From a virus, in UHGV virus genome UHGV-0209075: a stretch of 41,775 nucleotides of DNA; one strand, 5' to 3'. The translations under genes and the position numbers were made by a program. The notes beneath the pieces are model-generated. The model searched no databases. It saw nothing but the letters and a program-made list of their open reading frames with translations, and was not told the origin of the DNA. This document shows positions 14,898 through 26,064 of the stretch, in pieces (position 1 is the stretch's first letter; the number at the start of each line of letters is the position of its first letter).

Positions 14898-17800
14898 TCA
14901 GCTAATCGTGATGCCTGCAGTGGCTTTCTTCATCACAACAACCAGCAAATCGCTGATACTTGCTGTGGGATACCAGCCATTTACCCACCATGCTGATACA
15001 GAAAACTCCAGCGTCATGTCGCCGCGACCAGCAGGCATATCAATAACACCACTGTAAACCAGCGTATTATCCATCGCGGTACGGTTATAAATTTCAGCAC
15101 CGTTTTTCTTCACTATCAGGCGGCATGACGAATAAGTATCGCTGTTCTCCCGCTCATGTCTGGCACCGCTGAAAGCCACCGCCGGAATAACAATCTGCCG
15201 GTTAAACGGCTGATCGTCATAAACCCTGACGGTAATGGTTCCTGATGGCCAACGCTTCGGTGCACGGGAGTCACGAGGGAAAGCCTTACCCACTGTTTTA
15301 ACGAGATCGCCTTCAATCTGGTTTGCAGACAGTTTCCCTCTGATGACACAGTTCTCGTTAATGGTGACATTATTGAGCGTGCCGGTATTCGCCGTGATGG
15401 CTCCACTGATATCCGCATTGCGGGCTGTCAGCCTGCCATCCGGCGTCAGGGAAAACGTCGGAGGATTGCCGGATGACGTGATGCTCACCGCAAACAGTCG
15501 CTTCAGGAACACGTCGTTCATGAACAGCTGATTCCCCTGCGCCACAAACAGCGGCGTGGTGTTGCCGTTCTCCGGGGTAATCATCGCAATGCGATCGGCC
15601 TGCAGCAGAATGTTACTCAGGGTCTGACCATCAACATCCTCAATCCCCGCACCAATCCCGGCCACATAGGGAATACCGTTTTTTGTTTTCTGCACCTTCA
15701 GCATATACATGGCATTCAGCTCATTGCGCGTGTCTGACTGAACCCGCTGGATTTGCTGTATGGTCACGGCCTGGTCACCCAGTTTTTTATCCGTGGTCGA
15801 GGTAATTTCACTCCCTTTTTTATCCACGTACTGGCGGACCTGTGCTATCTGTCGGGCATTTTCTGACTGCCCCTGGCTGACAGTCTGTGAGATTTCACTG
15901 CTCACCCGGTCCACTTTCTGGCTCACCTGCGCGATGGCCAGTGTCTGGTCCTCATTCTTTTTCGCAACCAGCTGCGTGAGGCTGTTTTCCGCCTCCCCGA
16001 TTTTCCGGGTCACTTCTGCGATATCCGTGTCCATCCGCTGACGGATGTCTTCTTCCAGTTGCGTGACCTCCGTACGCAGCGCTGAAGCATCAATGCGCTC
16101 TTTCAGTGCCTGGCCCAGAAGCGTCTCATCTATCAGCCCCCGGAAAATTTCCAGATACCCTTCACCATCATTGCTGGGCTGCCCGCTGGCTTCCACAAAA
16201 GCAGATTTTCCCACCAGGTTGACGCTTCGCACGTAAAACCAGAAATCCGTCCCCGGCTTAATCCGGCTCCCCTGGACAGTCCACTGACTGCCGGTCCCCA
16301 GATAACGGGCAGATTTTTCCACCTGTGCTGTGTTCGTGATGCGTTTTTCTGAGAACCAGAATTCAAACTGTACCGTCGGGTCATACACCGCAAGACGCGG
16401 GACCGCCGTTATCTGAAAATACCCCGGCGTCAGCTCAATGGTGGCGGGTTTTGCAGGTGCGTTAATCCGGAACGATACCGACGCCGGATCGCCCTGCTGT
16501 CCCCGGGCATTTACCGCCCGGACCGTCAGCGTGTAACGCCCCAGCGCCAGCTGCCTGAAGCGGTAAGTGGTTTCCGCCGTCCGGGCCGTGCTGACCAGCC
16601 GCTCACTGCCGTCATCCGCTGTTACGGTCAGACGGAGCAGGAAGCTCACGCCCTTCACCACCTTCGGCGTGTCCCAGCGCGCCAGCACCTGATATTCCCC
16701 GCTGTCTGCGGTGACTTCGGCGGTCAGGTGCTGCACCGCTGGCGGCGTGACACCATTCACCGTGCCGCTCTGGTCGCCGTCAAAGTGCGCTCCGTTATCC
16801 ACGATGGCCTCTTTTTCCGGTACATGCTGCACGGCGGTGATGGCATACGCACCGTCATCGTTCTCCCGGATACTCACACAGCGGAACAGGCGCTGGCGCA
16901 GCGTCGGCAGCTTCAGCCCCCACACGCTGTATTCGGCAACGCCGTCAGGAATACGGCTCACTTTCACCTTCACGCCGTCGGTGACGGACTGGACCTCCAC
17001 GCTGACCGGATTCCCACTTCCGTCAACCAGGCTTATCAGCGTGGTGCCGGAGGATGACAGCATGATTTCACGGTCGAGCGTCAGCGTCCGGGTCTGGCTG
17101 TTCACCGCCAGCACGCGCCCGCCGGTGCTGATACCGGCATAGTCATCATCACAGATTTCAATGACATCGCCCGGAACATGGCGAAGCCCTTCTGCGCCGA
17201 CGCTGAAGTCCACGGTCTGCGTTTCCAGCAGTTCTGTTTTAATCAGCCACAGCCCGGCGCGGTGTGCCTGCCCCCGGCTGGTACAGCCAAAGGCATCCAT
17301 CTTCGTGACGTTACGACCGTAACGGGCAATGGCCTGCGTGTCCTCCACAAGCTCTGTTGCCGTCTCCCAGCCGTTATCCGGGTCAATCCAGTTCACCTCA
17401 ACGGCATTATGGCGGTCCTTCAGGGCGCTGAAGCTGTAGCGGAACGGCGCGCCATCATCCGGCATCACCACATTACTGCGGTTATAGGTCCACACCTTAT
17501 CCGACGGTCGGTCCTGCACGAACGTCAGCGTCTGCCCGTTCCATACCGGCATACAGCGCATCGCCGAGCAAAAATCACTGAGCACATCCCACGCCTTGCG
17601 CTGTGTGGTCAGGTACGCATTACAGGTGATGCGCGGCTCCGTGCCGCCAAAGCCGTCCGGCACTGACTGGTCGCAGTACTGGCCGATGACATACAGCGCC
17701 CATTTATCCACATCCGCTGCACCAAGACGTTTCCCCATGCCGTAGCGCGGATGGGTCAGCATATCCCACAGACACCAGGCCATGTTGTTGCTGTATGCCG

Positions 17801-18596
17801 GTTTAAACGTTCCGTCCCAGATACCGCTGTATTGCCGCGTCTGCGGGTTATAATTCGACGGCACCTGCAGAATACGCCCGCGCAGATGATAATTACGGCT
17901 CACCTGCTGGCTGCCGAACTGTTCCGAGTCCACCTGTACGCCGACCAGTGCCGTGTTCGGGTAGCACTGTTTCACATCGATGATTTCGGTGTATGACGAC
18001 CAGAGCGTTTTGTTCTGCAGCTGGTCTGTGGTGCTGTCCGGCGTCATCCTGCGCATCCGGATATTAAACGGGCGCGGCGGCAGGTTATCCACCACCACCG
18101 AGGCCAGATACTGCGAGGTGGTTTTGCCTTTAATGGTGATGTCTTTTTCCGTCACCCAGCCACCATTACGCTGTATCTGAACCAGCAGGCGGACTTCCGA
18201 CGGATTCCGGTCACCCTTTGAGGTGGTTTCCACCAGTGCCTGCACACCGAAGGTAAAGCGCAGACGGTCGATGTTTGCCGACGTGATGGTGCGGGTGATC
18301 GGCGTGTCATATTTCACTTCTGTACCGAGCACCGTCTCGGAGCCGGAGGATTCAAAACCTTCCGGCGGTGTCTGCTCCTGCTCACCTGCCCGGAACACCA
18401 CCGTGACGCCGGAGATGTTGGTATTCCCCTCACTGTCCAGCACCGGCGTACTGTTCAGCAGCACGCTTTTTAATCCATCCACCGGACCTTCAATCGGCCC
18501 TTCGCTGATGGCATCAATCACACTCAGCAGTTGCGTGGACTTCAGGTTGTCCTTCGCTTCGCGCGGGGTATGCCCCTTACTGCTTCCTTTGCCCAT
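14898..18596 (-). CDS. J: tail tip host-specificity protein J
   Basis: 1232 aa; N-terminus [43 protein letters not shown] matches lambda J as I recall it. Confidence 0.9.
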   Translation of the reverse strand: MGKGSSKGHTPREAKDNLKSTQLLSVIDAISEGPIEGPVDGLKSVLLNSTPVLDSEGNTNISGVTVVFRAGEQEQTPPEGFESSGSETVLGTEVKYDTPITRTITSANIDRLRFTFGVQALVETTSKGDRNPSEVRLLVQIQRNGGWVTEKDITIKGKTTSQYLASVVVDNLPPRPFNIRMRRMTPDSTTDQLQNKTLWSSYTEIIDVKQCYPNTALVGVQVDSEQFGSQQVSRNYHLRGRILQVPSNYNPQTRQYSGIWDGTFKPAYSNNMAWCLWDMLTHPRYGMGKRLGAADVDKWALYVIGQYCDQSVPDGFGGTEPRITCNAYLTTQRKAWDVLSDFCSAMRCMPVWNGQTLTFVQDRPSDKVWTYNRSNVVMPDDGAPFRYSFSALKDRHNAVEVNWIDPDNGWETATELVEDTQAIARYGRNVTKMDAFGCTSRGQAHRAGLWLIKTELLETQTVDFSVGAEGLRHVPGDVIEICDDDYAGISTGGRVLAVNSQTRTLTLDREIMLSSSGTTLISLVDGSGNPVSVEVQSVTDGVKVKVSRIPDGVAEYSVWGLKLPTLRQRLFRCVSIRENDDGAYAITAVQHVPEKEAIVDNGAHFDGDQSGTVNGVTPPAVQHLTAEVTADSGEYQVLARWDTPKVVKGVSFLLRLTVTADDGSERLVSTARTAETTYRFRQLALGRYTLTVRAVNARGQQGDPASVSFRINAPAKPATIELTPGYFQITAVPRLAVYDPTVQFEFWFSEKRITNTAQVEKSARYLGTGSQWTVQGSRIKPGTDFWFYVRSVNLVGKSAFVEASGQPSNDGEGYLEIFRGLIDETLLGQALKERIDASALRTEVTQLEEDIRQRMDTDIAEVTRKIGEAENSLTQLVAKKNEDQTLAIAQVSQKVDRVSSEISQTVSQGQSENARQIAQVRQYVDKKGSEITSTTDKKLGDQAVTIQQIQRVQSDTRNELNAMYMLKVQKTKNGIPYVAGIGAGIEDVDGQTLSNILLQADRIAMITPENGNTTPLFVAQGNQLFMNDVFLKRLFAVSITSSGNPPTFSLTPDGRLTARNADISGAITANTGTLNNVTINENCVIRGKLSANQIEGDLVKTVGKAFPRDSRAPKRWPSGTITVRVYDDQPFNRQIVIPAVAFSGARHERENSDTYSSCRLIVKKNGAEIYNRTAMDNTLVYSGVIDMPAGRGDMTLEFSVSAWWVNGWYPTASISDLLVVVMKKATAGITIS

Positions 18597-18656
18597 TCGT
18601 CATGCTCCATAAACGACAAAACCGCCCGGAGGCGGTTTCACATGAAATATTTTGCA

Positions 18657-19304
18657 TCAGCGGCCAATCACCACAACCTGACCACCGTCCCCTTCATCTG
18701 CCGTGCTGATCTCCTGAGAAACCACACGAGACCCCACGCGCATTTCACCGTACAGAACAGGCAGAACATTGCCCTGGGCAACCATGTTATCCAGTGATGA
18801 GAAATAGGTGTTCTGCTTACCGTTATCCGTGCTGGTCGCTGTGGGCGTCCGGGCTTTCGGTGCCAGCATCTGGGCCACACCACCCAGGATCATACTGGCC
18901 CCTGCCGCATACATGCCCGATACAGCCGCGGCACCCAGCCAGCCCACAGGGTTCCACCATGCCACCGCAATCAGCGCCGCCCCCAGCACCACCTGAAACA
19001 CACCGCCACTTTTAGCTCCCGCCAGACGCGGCACGATGTGGATCACGGCACCATTTGCCAGCGGCTCATTAAGACGGGCAGATAATTCGGTTTCACCTGC
19101 ATCACGCCCGGCAATGCGCACCTGATACCAGCCGTCATTCAGTTTCTGACGAAACGCCGGGAGCTGTGTGGACAACGCCCGGATGGCTTCAGCCCCCGTT
19201 TTTACACGAAGGTCGATGCGGCGGCCAAATCGTTGTAAATCCCCGTAAAGGCAGATGCGTGCCATGCCCGGTGACGCCAGAGGGAGTGTGTGCGTCGCTG
19301 CCAT
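18657..19304 (-). CDS. I: tail assembly protein I
   Basis: MAATHTLPLASPGMARICLYGDLQRFGRRIDLRVKTGAEAIRAL matches lambda I. Confidence 0.85.
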   Translation of the reverse strand: MAATHTLPLASPGMARICLYGDLQRFGRRIDLRVKTGAEAIRALSTQLPAFRQKLNDGWYQVRIAGRDAGETELSARLNEPLANGAVIHIVPRLAGAKSGGVFQVVLGAALIAVAWWNPVGWLGAAAVSGMYAAGASMILGGVAQMLAPKARTPTATSTDNGKQNTYFSSLDNMVAQGNVLPVLYGEMRVGSRVVSQEISTADEGDGGQVVVIGR

Positions 19305-19945
19305 TTGTCGGTATACCTCTCTCGTTTGCTCAGTTGTTCAGGAATATGGTGCAACAGCTCACCGTCGCCGCAGTAAATGGCGGCATGATTCGGCACCGAT
19401 GAACCAAAACAGCACAGCAGCACATCGCCCGGCTGCGCCGCTGACAACGGCACCTGATACAGCCCTGTGGCCTCCAGATTATCCAGATAGAGATTCTGGC
19501 CGTTACACCACCAGTCATCCTCACGATGAAAGTCCGGCATCTCAATCCCCGCCAGATGATAAGCATCCCGGAACAGCGTGTAACAGTCCGTCGCCCCGTG
19601 CTCAAAGCGCCGCCCGGTAAGATGCGGCACACAGCGGAATTTATGAATCTCACCCCGGCAGACCAGCCACCAAGGCAAATCGCTCTGCACCTGCAGCCGC
19701 CTGTCAGCCTCACTCAGCCAGGGCAGGCCACCGGGGTGGCTGTGGACCAGCGCCACAATCTCACCCTGCATCTCTGCCCGCAGCCAGTCCTCCGGCGACA
19801 TCCGGAAATACGCCTCCGGCTCACCGGAGATATTCACGCAGGGAAAATATCTTTCCCCTTCCGGCGTTCTCACCACGAAGCCGCACGACTCCGCTGGCGC
19901 ACATCGCCGGGCGTGCGCCAGAATCGCTGATTCTGTCTGTGTCAT
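19202..19945 (-). CDS. K: tail tip assembly protein K (JAMM/MPN + NlpC/P60-like)
   Basis: From ATG 19945: MTQTESAILAHARRCAPAESCGFVV matches lambda K; HSHPGG...SEAD metal-binding motif. Confidence 0.85.
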   Translation of the reverse strand: MTQTESAILAHARRCAPAESCGFVVRTPEGERYFPCVNISGEPEAYFRMSPEDWLRAEMQGEIVALVHSHPGGLPWLSEADRRLQVQSDLPWWLVCRGEIHKFRCVPHLTGRRFEHGATDCYTLFRDAYHLAGIEMPDFHREDDWWCNGQNLYLDNLEATGLYQVPLSAAQPGDVLLCCFGSSVPNHAAIYCGDGELLHHIPEQLSKRERYTDKWQRRTHSLWRHRAWHASAFTGIYNDLAAASTFV

Positions 19946-19949
19946 GGGA

Positions 19950-20648
19950 TTACTGCGAAAGTTTGTTAATGGAAAGGAAGCCGCCAAAGTTGCCGACGTT
20001 ATTGCGAAACTTACAGCCGCTCAGGCATTTGCTGCATTTATCCTTCGTGATATCGGACGTCGGCTGGTCATATTCATCCGCAACCGCCGGACCGTGATAA
20101 CCGCACTCATCACCGCGATAGGTCCAGGTGCAGGTGTTGGCCAGCATGGTACGTCCCGGAAAAACAGCACCATCCGTTTCCGTCGGCGTGGACAGTACAA
20201 AAGAGGCACTCACCGCGCTCAGTTCGCTGCACTGCTCGATGCGCCAGCGGCTGATCACCTCCTGCTCTGGATCGGCTTCGCTGTTTCCGTTGACGAAGTT
20301 CACCACATCCAGAAAACGGGCGTAAACCTTACGCCTGACCACCGTTCCGCCGACCAGACTCTGCAGGTCTTCCGCCATCCCGGTGACCATGCCGTGCAGA
20401 TTAGAGACTTTCAGCGTTGGCCTTGCACTGGCTCCTTTGCCGTTCATCTCAAATCCACTTCCCTGAATGGGATAGGCCTGATACTGCCGCCCCTGCCAGG
20501 TGACTGGTTCACCTTTTTCGTTCTGCTCATTACAGAAGAAATAACGATCTCCGCCGACCTCTGTCAGATCAATTTCCCAGAGCACGACCAGCGCGGATTG
20601 CTCCGTTTTAGTGCACTCATTGAGTGTTTCCTGCTGTATATCCTGCAT
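19950..20648 (-). CDS. L: minor tail protein L
   Basis: MQDIQQETLNECTKTEQSALVVLWEIDLTEVGG matches lambda L. Confidence 0.85.
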   Translation of the reverse strand: MQDIQQETLNECTKTEQSALVVLWEIDLTEVGGDRYFFCNEQNEKGEPVTWQGRQYQAYPIQGSGFEMNGKGASARPTLKVSNLHGMVTGMAEDLQSLVGGTVVRRKVYARFLDVVNFVNGNSEADPEQEVISRWRIEQCSELSAVSASFVLSTPTETDGAVFPGRTMLANTCTWTYRGDECGYHGPAVADEYDQPTSDITKDKCSKCLSGCKFRNNVGNFGGFLSINKLSQ

Positions 20649-20947
20649 CAGTGAGTGACCTCTTCAAAGGTACAGTTAAAATCGGTATACATGGCATTAT
20701 CCGAAATGCTCCACTCCCTGCAGACAACCCGGACAGTCCTGTTGTGTTTTGGCGGACGCCACAAAAAAGCACGAACCCCGGCATGACGGGATAAAAAACT
20801 GTCCAGCGCGGCACGGGAATATTCATCCGTGACACGAAATACCGGTTTAAACGTTTTCAGATCTGCATTCAGACCACCAGCCCGTCGCTGTTCATATCCG
20901 TCACCGAACTTTACCGTAATAACAGATGGCTTTCGTGTCGTCTCCAT
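20648..20947 (-). CDS. M: minor tail protein M
   Basis: From ATG 20947: VKFGDGYEQRRAGGLNADLKT resembles lambda M; ORF-track ORF 20648..21034 trimmed because it overlaps the tape-measure gene. Confidence 0.7.
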   Translation of the reverse strand: METTRKPSVITVKFGDGYEQRRAGGLNADLKTFKPVFRVTDEYSRAALDSFLSRHAGVRAFLWRPPKHNRTVRVVCREWSISDNAMYTDFNCTFEEVTH

Positions 20948-20981
20948 CCCCTCGCGGGGGATCCAGTTAAAAACTTCAGAC

Positions 20982-23900
20982 TCAGGCACTGCATAATCCT
21001 CCGTCCCGACGTGATGACTGCATAATTGACACAACCCTGCTGTCGATCAGATCCACCAGTCCCCTGGCTGAGCGCGCATCTATCTCGCCATTGCTCCCTT
21101 GATTCTGAATGCTGATGTGATACACGGGAGAATAAACAAATCCACCGCCACCATTCACATTTCCAATGGCCCTGACCCCAAGAGAGCCGTCCGCTGCCCG
21201 TGTCAGTGGCATGATTGCTTCAGGCCCGGCCTCGCCCATCAGCCCGGCACCTTTCGCAAAAGCAAAATACGTCGGGGTATCCACAATGGTGTTACTGTAA
21301 GCACTCAGATTTGCCGATGTATAAACACCACCTTTTGCGTTTGCCACTGCACCGGAAAGCCAGTCGCCGACTGTACCAAGCCATCCTCCGGCACCGGACA
21401 TGCTTTTGGAAAGTGACTTCAGCCCGTTAACGATGGCAGCGTTCATCAGAATTTTTGAAACTTCCTGGAGAATTGAACTCCCCCAGTTTCTCCAGTCCAC
21501 AACATTTCCGGCCAGTGCATCGGAAATATTTGATACCAGCCCGTCCATAGTGGAAACGACAGCATCTGCCGCCTGCGAAGCATAATCGGTGGCACTGTCT
21601 GCCCAGTTCGTCAGTCCCTCCTGGAGTCCGGCATTCCAGTTACTGCGTAAAGCATCAGCCTTTGCATAATAATCCTGCTGATCGCTGAGACGCTCTTCCA
21701 GATATTTTTCATTCAGAGATTTTTCCTGTTTCCACAGGGCTTCTTCAATTTCTCCGGCCTGATACTGTCTCAGTAGCTCGTTATTTTTCTGCTCAAACTC
21801 CTGCCGGATGCTCCACATTTCCTGAAGTCGTTCACGCATCCGTGAGCCTTCACCATATCCCAGTAACTGAGCCTCATTTGATGCTCTGACACTGGCATTA
21901 CTGTCCGCCAGACTGCTCTCATACGCAGCAAGCTGCTCACGAATCTTTTTCTGGTCGATGAGTGCTGCATTCTGCAAAAGCGTTTTTTTCTGCGCTTCTG
22001 ACAGGGTTGATAATTCGCCCTGGCTGACCTGATATTTCATCTTAGCCAGTTCAGTATTCTGCCCTGCCAGTGCTATTTGCTCTTTTTGCTGTTTAATCAG
22101 TTGCTTATAAGTATCTTCTATTTTTTCCGCTTCGGTCTTTTTATGCGCTTTGGGTTTATTTGCCTGGTTATTTCGCCATGCATCCAGTGAGTTATTTATA
22201 TAATTCAGTCTTGCTGTCTGATACGCCTCTCCCACAAAGCCGAGATCATCCGCAGCATAACCCAGGCGGGCACGCTCACGAGCTTCCCCCTTCAGGCGGG
22301 ACAGAGCCAGTTCGCGCTCGCTGTTATTCAGTGCGGTCTGCTGTTTATCATCCAGGGTTGCCTGTGGTAGCCGTAACGGTACATTCACCAGCCCCTGTCG
22401 CTGCTGAAGTAATTCATTACCGAGCCCGAGAAGGCGATTAAACTCGGTATGCTGCCCATTCATGATCAACAGGGACTGATACGCTTTGTTTTGTTCCGCT
22501 GCCTGTTGACGGATCAACGCCACCCGTCGCTCCTCCAGCCCGGCAAGCACATCCTGAATGGATTGCGCTTTGCCCTGCATTTGAGTGAGGCGAGACTGTT
22601 CAACTGCCAGTTGATTTGTTGCTTCTGCAAGCCCTTCTGTGACAGTTTTTACCGACGTCATGTGGTTAATCATAAAACCGTTATCGGTTGTCCAGCCCGG
22701 GTTTGCCAGCACATACTGATAGCCAGCAATTTTTTCCTGTAAGGATTTAATCTTACTTTTCTGCTCGTCAATTAACCTGTTTTGCTCCTTCAGTGCCTGT
22801 CGCGTCTTTTCCTCATTATCTGACGCTTCAGGAAGCGACATTGCCGACGTTTTCTGGCGAATTTCGTCGATTGTTGCGGCATACTGTCGTGCAGATTCTC
22901 TGGCCTGCTCCTGATTCTGATACATCGTGTACCAGGCCGCAGCCCCCAGCATGACGAGTCCCGGCACACCACCAACCAGCCCCAGCGCGCCACTTAATAA
23001 ACGACTCCCCACTGACGTAACATTATTCAGCGTTGTCTGTGCCGCTGTTCTGGCCGCAATATTACGGGTAAGTGACACCTGGGCAGCTGTCAGCTTCGCT
23101 TCTGCTGCGGCCTGCCTTTCGGTACCGCGAGCAGCAACAACCGCCTGTTGCGCACGATAAACCGCCGCACGCGCCCTGGCGGTTGCTATCTGTGTCCCCC
23201 GAAGTTGCACTTCAGCAAGAGCCACTTCGTTTCTGGCTGCAGTAATTAATCCGGCAGTTGCAGATCCAGCAGACGACGCCATATTGCCAAAATATCGGGC
23301 TACCCCGACGGCAACCAGAGCACCAGCAGCGGTTGCCACGGTGTCAATATTGCCTGCAATACCATTCAGCACACCGGAGAGCGTCTTCGTCACTCCGCTT
23401 GCCTCGTTCGCACCACCAACCCAGGCCATAAAGGCGTTTTCAACTTTGGTTGCAGAGGATGAAACCGTATCAGGCATTGCTGCATATTCATCACGCAACG
23501 CCCCAAGCTGACTAATCAGTGCAGGAACAACCTTATCGGCGGTCAGTTTTCCGTTATCCGCCATGGCCTTCAGATCCTTACGGGCAACCCCCATTCCCGC
23601 AGCCAGCGCACGAATAACACGATCGCCGTTCTCATTCACCGAGTTAAACTCTTCACCGCGCAGCACTCCCTGCGCCAGTGCCTGACTGAACTGCGTGATC
23701 ACCGAACTGGCTTCTGCTGTACTGGCACCGGATAATTTCAGGCCCGTGGAGATCGCCTCGGTGACTTTCAGTACCTCCTCAGAACTGTAACCATACTCCC
23801 GCATGGAAGCTGCAGAACGGGCAAAAAGGCTGGCGTTATCAGAAAACGCCGTCCCCGTTCTCTGGCTGATCGCCATTAATTCACGCTGTGATGACTGAAA

Positions 23901-24227
23901 ATCATCACTGGACTGTGAGGCCTGCTTCAGACGGGCATTTACTGAATTCCACTCATCGGCGAGAGAAATAAGATGACCGGTAGCAAAAGCCCCGGCAAAT
24001 GCCCCCGCCATGTTCAGTGCCGAAGATTTAGCTGTATTTATCTGATCCGTCACTTCTGCCAGTGCACGCCGCATTTCACGGGATGCAGCAGCGGACTGTC
24101 GGCCTCCGTTCTGCATGGTACGGTAGTAATCCTGCCCCATACGCGAAGCCCGGGAGATCTCTGACTGGAATGACCGGGAATTTGCCGAGATTTTAATAAT
24201 CAGTTCACGTAATGTCGCCACACTCAT
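20982..24227 (-). CDS. tail tape-measure protein
   Basis: 1081-aa ORF between chaperone pair and M; Ala/Gln-rich coiled-coil middle region. Confidence 0.85.
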   Translation of the reverse strand: MSVATLRELIIKISANSRSFQSEISRASRMGQDYYRTMQNGGRQSAAASREMRRALAEVTDQINTAKSSALNMAGAFAGAFATGHLISLADEWNSVNARLKQASQSSDDFQSSQRELMAISQRTGTAFSDNASLFARSAASMREYGYSSEEVLKVTEAISTGLKLSGASTAEASSVITQFSQALAQGVLRGEEFNSVNENGDRVIRALAAGMGVARKDLKAMADNGKLTADKVVPALISQLGALRDEYAAMPDTVSSSATKVENAFMAWVGGANEASGVTKTLSGVLNGIAGNIDTVATAAGALVAVGVARYFGNMASSAGSATAGLITAARNEVALAEVQLRGTQIATARARAAVYRAQQAVVAARGTERQAAAEAKLTAAQVSLTRNIAARTAAQTTLNNVTSVGSRLLSGALGLVGGVPGLVMLGAAAWYTMYQNQEQARESARQYAATIDEIRQKTSAMSLPEASDNEEKTRQALKEQNRLIDEQKSKIKSLQEKIAGYQYVLANPGWTTDNGFMINHMTSVKTVTEGLAEATNQLAVEQSRLTQMQGKAQSIQDVLAGLEERRVALIRQQAAEQNKAYQSLLIMNGQHTEFNRLLGLGNELLQQRQGLVNVPLRLPQATLDDKQQTALNNSERELALSRLKGEARERARLGYAADDLGFVGEAYQTARLNYINNSLDAWRNNQANKPKAHKKTEAEKIEDTYKQLIKQQKEQIALAGQNTELAKMKYQVSQGELSTLSEAQKKTLLQNAALIDQKKIREQLAAYESSLADSNASVRASNEAQLLGYGEGSRMRERLQEMWSIRQEFEQKNNELLRQYQAGEIEEALWKQEKSLNEKYLEERLSDQQDYYAKADALRSNWNAGLQEGLTNWADSATDYASQAADAVVSTMDGLVSNISDALAGNVVDWRNWGSSILQEVSKILMNAAIVNGLKSLSKSMSGAGGWLGTVGDWLSGAVANAKGGVYTSANLSAYSNTIVDTPTYFAFAKGAGLMGEAGPEAIMPLTRAADGSLGVRAIGNVNGGGGFVYSPVYHISIQNQGSNGEIDARSARGLVDLIDSRVVSIMQSSRRDGGLCSA

Positions 24228-24267
24228 TCTCCGGACGAAAAAAAACCGCCGAAGCGGTTATGTTGAC

Positions 24268-24558
24268 TCACTGAGACACTATTAAAAGCGCGTTTTCCAG
24301 TCCAGCAAATGGATCTGATACGCCTTCTGTCTGCTCCTTCTCCCACTGAAGAAGCGCATCATTCAGTGGCACTTTGACCCCCTGCGCACCGTAAACAGCT
24401 GAAACAATCTGGGCAGCCCGGATATCAGCCCGTTCGTCCCCCAGCGGGCTGAACCTGTCAAATTCTGCCCACATCATGATTTCTGATGCGGACATTTCCC
24501 GGCGTAACTCTGACAATGTGCGCCCCATCCTGAGCGCCAGCATCATCAGAAAACGCAT
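24268..24558 (-). CDS. T-frame segment of tail assembly chaperone (expressed as G-T fusion by -1 frameshift)
   Basis: ORF in -1 frame relative to the upstream chaperone ORF; entered from slippery site at 24573-24579. Confidence 0.55.
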   Translation of the reverse strand: MRFLMMLALRMGRTLSELRREMSASEIMMWAEFDRFSPLGDERADIRAAQIVSAVYGAQGVKVPLNDALLQWEKEQTEGVSDPFAGLENALLIVSQ

Positions 24559-24569
24559 CCCCGGAAGCG

Positions 24570-24941
24570 CTACTTTTTTTTAACCTCGCCGGCATCACTG
24601 ATTAGTTCCAGAGACTGCCGAAGAAGCCGCGCATGCACCGGGCCATACACGGCAATCACCTGTTCACGATCATCCTCTGAAAATACAGGTTGCAGTCCGG
24701 TATCACACAGAACATCGATGAACAGTTCAACATCCGCTTCCAGATTTCGGCGGGCGCGCTCCGCAACGGATAACGGTGTCTCATCATCTTTTGCTTTAAC
24801 GATCTCCTGCCAGCGCAACCAGGCTTCTGCAGAAGGTTCCCGTAATACAACCGTTGCCCCTTCCCATTCAGGCACATCAACAGTTTTATGGCGAAACCCC
24901 GACATCGTTGCCAGTGCCAGATTACGGATATTTTTAGTCAT
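24570..24941 (-). CDS. tail assembly chaperone (G-position)
   Basis: ORF between major tail protein and tape measure; ATG 24941 preceded by GAGGAT (7-nt spacer); ends in slippery site. Confidence 0.6.
   Translation of the reverse strand: MTKNIRNLALATMSGFRHKTVDVPEWEGATVVLREPSAEAWLRWQEIVKAKDDETPLSVAERARRNLEADVELFIDVLCDTGLQPVFSEDDREQVIAVYGPVHARLLRQSLELISDAGEVKKK
24573..24579 (-). other. programmed -1 ribosomal frameshift slippery heptamer A_AAA_AAG at the end of the tail chaperone gene
   Basis: Minus-strand GAG GTT AAA AAA AAG TAG; a -1 slip continues as KKVALPGMRFLMM into the 24268-24558 ORF. Confidence 0.6.
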
Positions 24942-24955
24942 CACATCTATCCTCA

Positions 24956-25660
24956 TTAACTGACGGTAACAGTGCAGGAAGTAGAGGTCACTTTGTTAAC
25001 CGGGCTTGCTGAATCAGAAATCTCGCAGGTATATGCACCCGCATCACCGGATACTGCCGATGCCTTACTGAACGTTGCCGCCGTCTGTCCGGAAACAGGA
25101 GAACCACCTTTCTTCCAGACATAAGAATAAGGCGGCACACCACCCGCAGCCTCAACCGCCATTTCAAGTTTCGATCCGGAAGCAACCCGCAGCGTGCTTT
25201 TTAAATCGACCTTCACTTTCAGCGGCTCTGTCGTCAGCACAGGTTTACCTTTCAGGCGCAGAGAAAACGTTGCAGCCACAACACCATTGGTTCCTGCAGA
25301 CCAGGTATGCTGACGCACCTCTGCCATAAAGGTAAATCCGTTGCCTGACGGAAAAATAACTTTAAAGCCATACGTGGTGTCATTGTCATAGGCACTGCGC
25401 AACGCGTTCTGGGCAGCATTGAGGTAAAAGTTGCCTGACATGGAAATCTCTGAAGCAGCACCAAGGCCGTTAATATTTTCCTGCTCAACAGAACACAGCG
25501 TGGTGACATCAATATCCTGCTTTTGTCCTGCAGTAAACTGCACCTCTTTGATTGTACAGCTCAGGCCAAGATAGCTGGCAGAATCCAGGGTTTCTGCTGT
25601 TACCGGTGCAGACGAAATCATAATTTTCGTCAGTTGCGAACGCTCAAAATTAGAGGACAT
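24956..25660 (-). CDS. major tail protein with C-terminal Ig-like domain
   Basis: ATG 25660 preceded by AGGAGA (5-nt spacer); C-terminal ~90 aa has Ig-like pattern (GGVPPYSYVWKKGG...AGAYTCEISD); position upstream of chaperone pair. Confidence 0.8.
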   Translation of the reverse strand: MSSNFERSQLTKIMISSAPVTAETLDSASYLGLSCTIKEVQFTAGQKQDIDVTTLCSVEQENINGLGAASEISMSGNFYLNAAQNALRSAYDNDTTYGFKVIFPSGNGFTFMAEVRQHTWSAGTNGVVAATFSLRLKGKPVLTTEPLKVKVDLKSTLRVASGSKLEMAVEAAGGVPPYSYVWKKGGSPVSGQTAATFSKASAVSGDAGAYTCEISDSASPVNKVTSTSCTVTVS

Positions 25661-25676
25661 ACTCGTCTCCTGAAAA

Positions 25677-25698
25677 TAAAAAACCCGCCAGCGGCGGG
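25677..25698 (-). terminator. hairpin + U-tract between tail-completion gene and major tail gene
   Basis: CCCGCC-agc-GGCGGG followed on minus strand by U-rich tract. Confidence 0.45.
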
Positions 25699-25719
25699 TG
25701 GGTAAAATCATTAACGACC

Positions 25720-26064
25720 TCAGGCTATTACCTGAAATTCAAGCGTGGCTCTGCTCAGACGGGAGTCAGGATCATACCCCTGCGTTTTAGAAATAACGGA
25801 GGGTGCCAGTTTCCTTACTGCATCAAGCGCCTGCTCACGAATATCATCTGCGTCATCAGGTACTGTCGCCCAGACATCGATCTGCACGGTAATTCTGGAT
25901 TCAGCCTGCCCATCAAGCACATCAGATGCCGTGTCAGACACCACAGAAAACACCAGCCACGGCGGAGATACCGCAGGCTTTCCCTCCGTCAGCGGGACCA
26001 CATAAGGATAAACCTGTCCTCCGGCCAGCTGAGACAACAGGGAATACAGTGTGCCCTCCCTCAT
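25720..26064 (-). CDS. tail terminator/completion protein (U-position)
   Basis: 114-aa ORF immediately upstream of major tail gene; 4-nt overlap with upstream neighbour. Confidence 0.6.
   Translation of the reverse strand: MREGTLYSLLSQLAGGQVYPYVVPLTEGKPAVSPPWLVFSVVSDTASDVLDGQAESRITVQIDVWATVPDDADDIREQALDAVRKLAPSVISKTQGYDPDSRLSRATLEFQVIA

Noticed and set aside
1490-20654. Long plus-strand ORFs inside minus-strand genes (for example 1490-2233, 16711-17142, 17178-17666, 19944-20654)
   Set aside because: All lie antisense within confidently identified phage genes (O/P, J, K/L) and have Ser/Arg/Pro-rich shadow-ORF composition.
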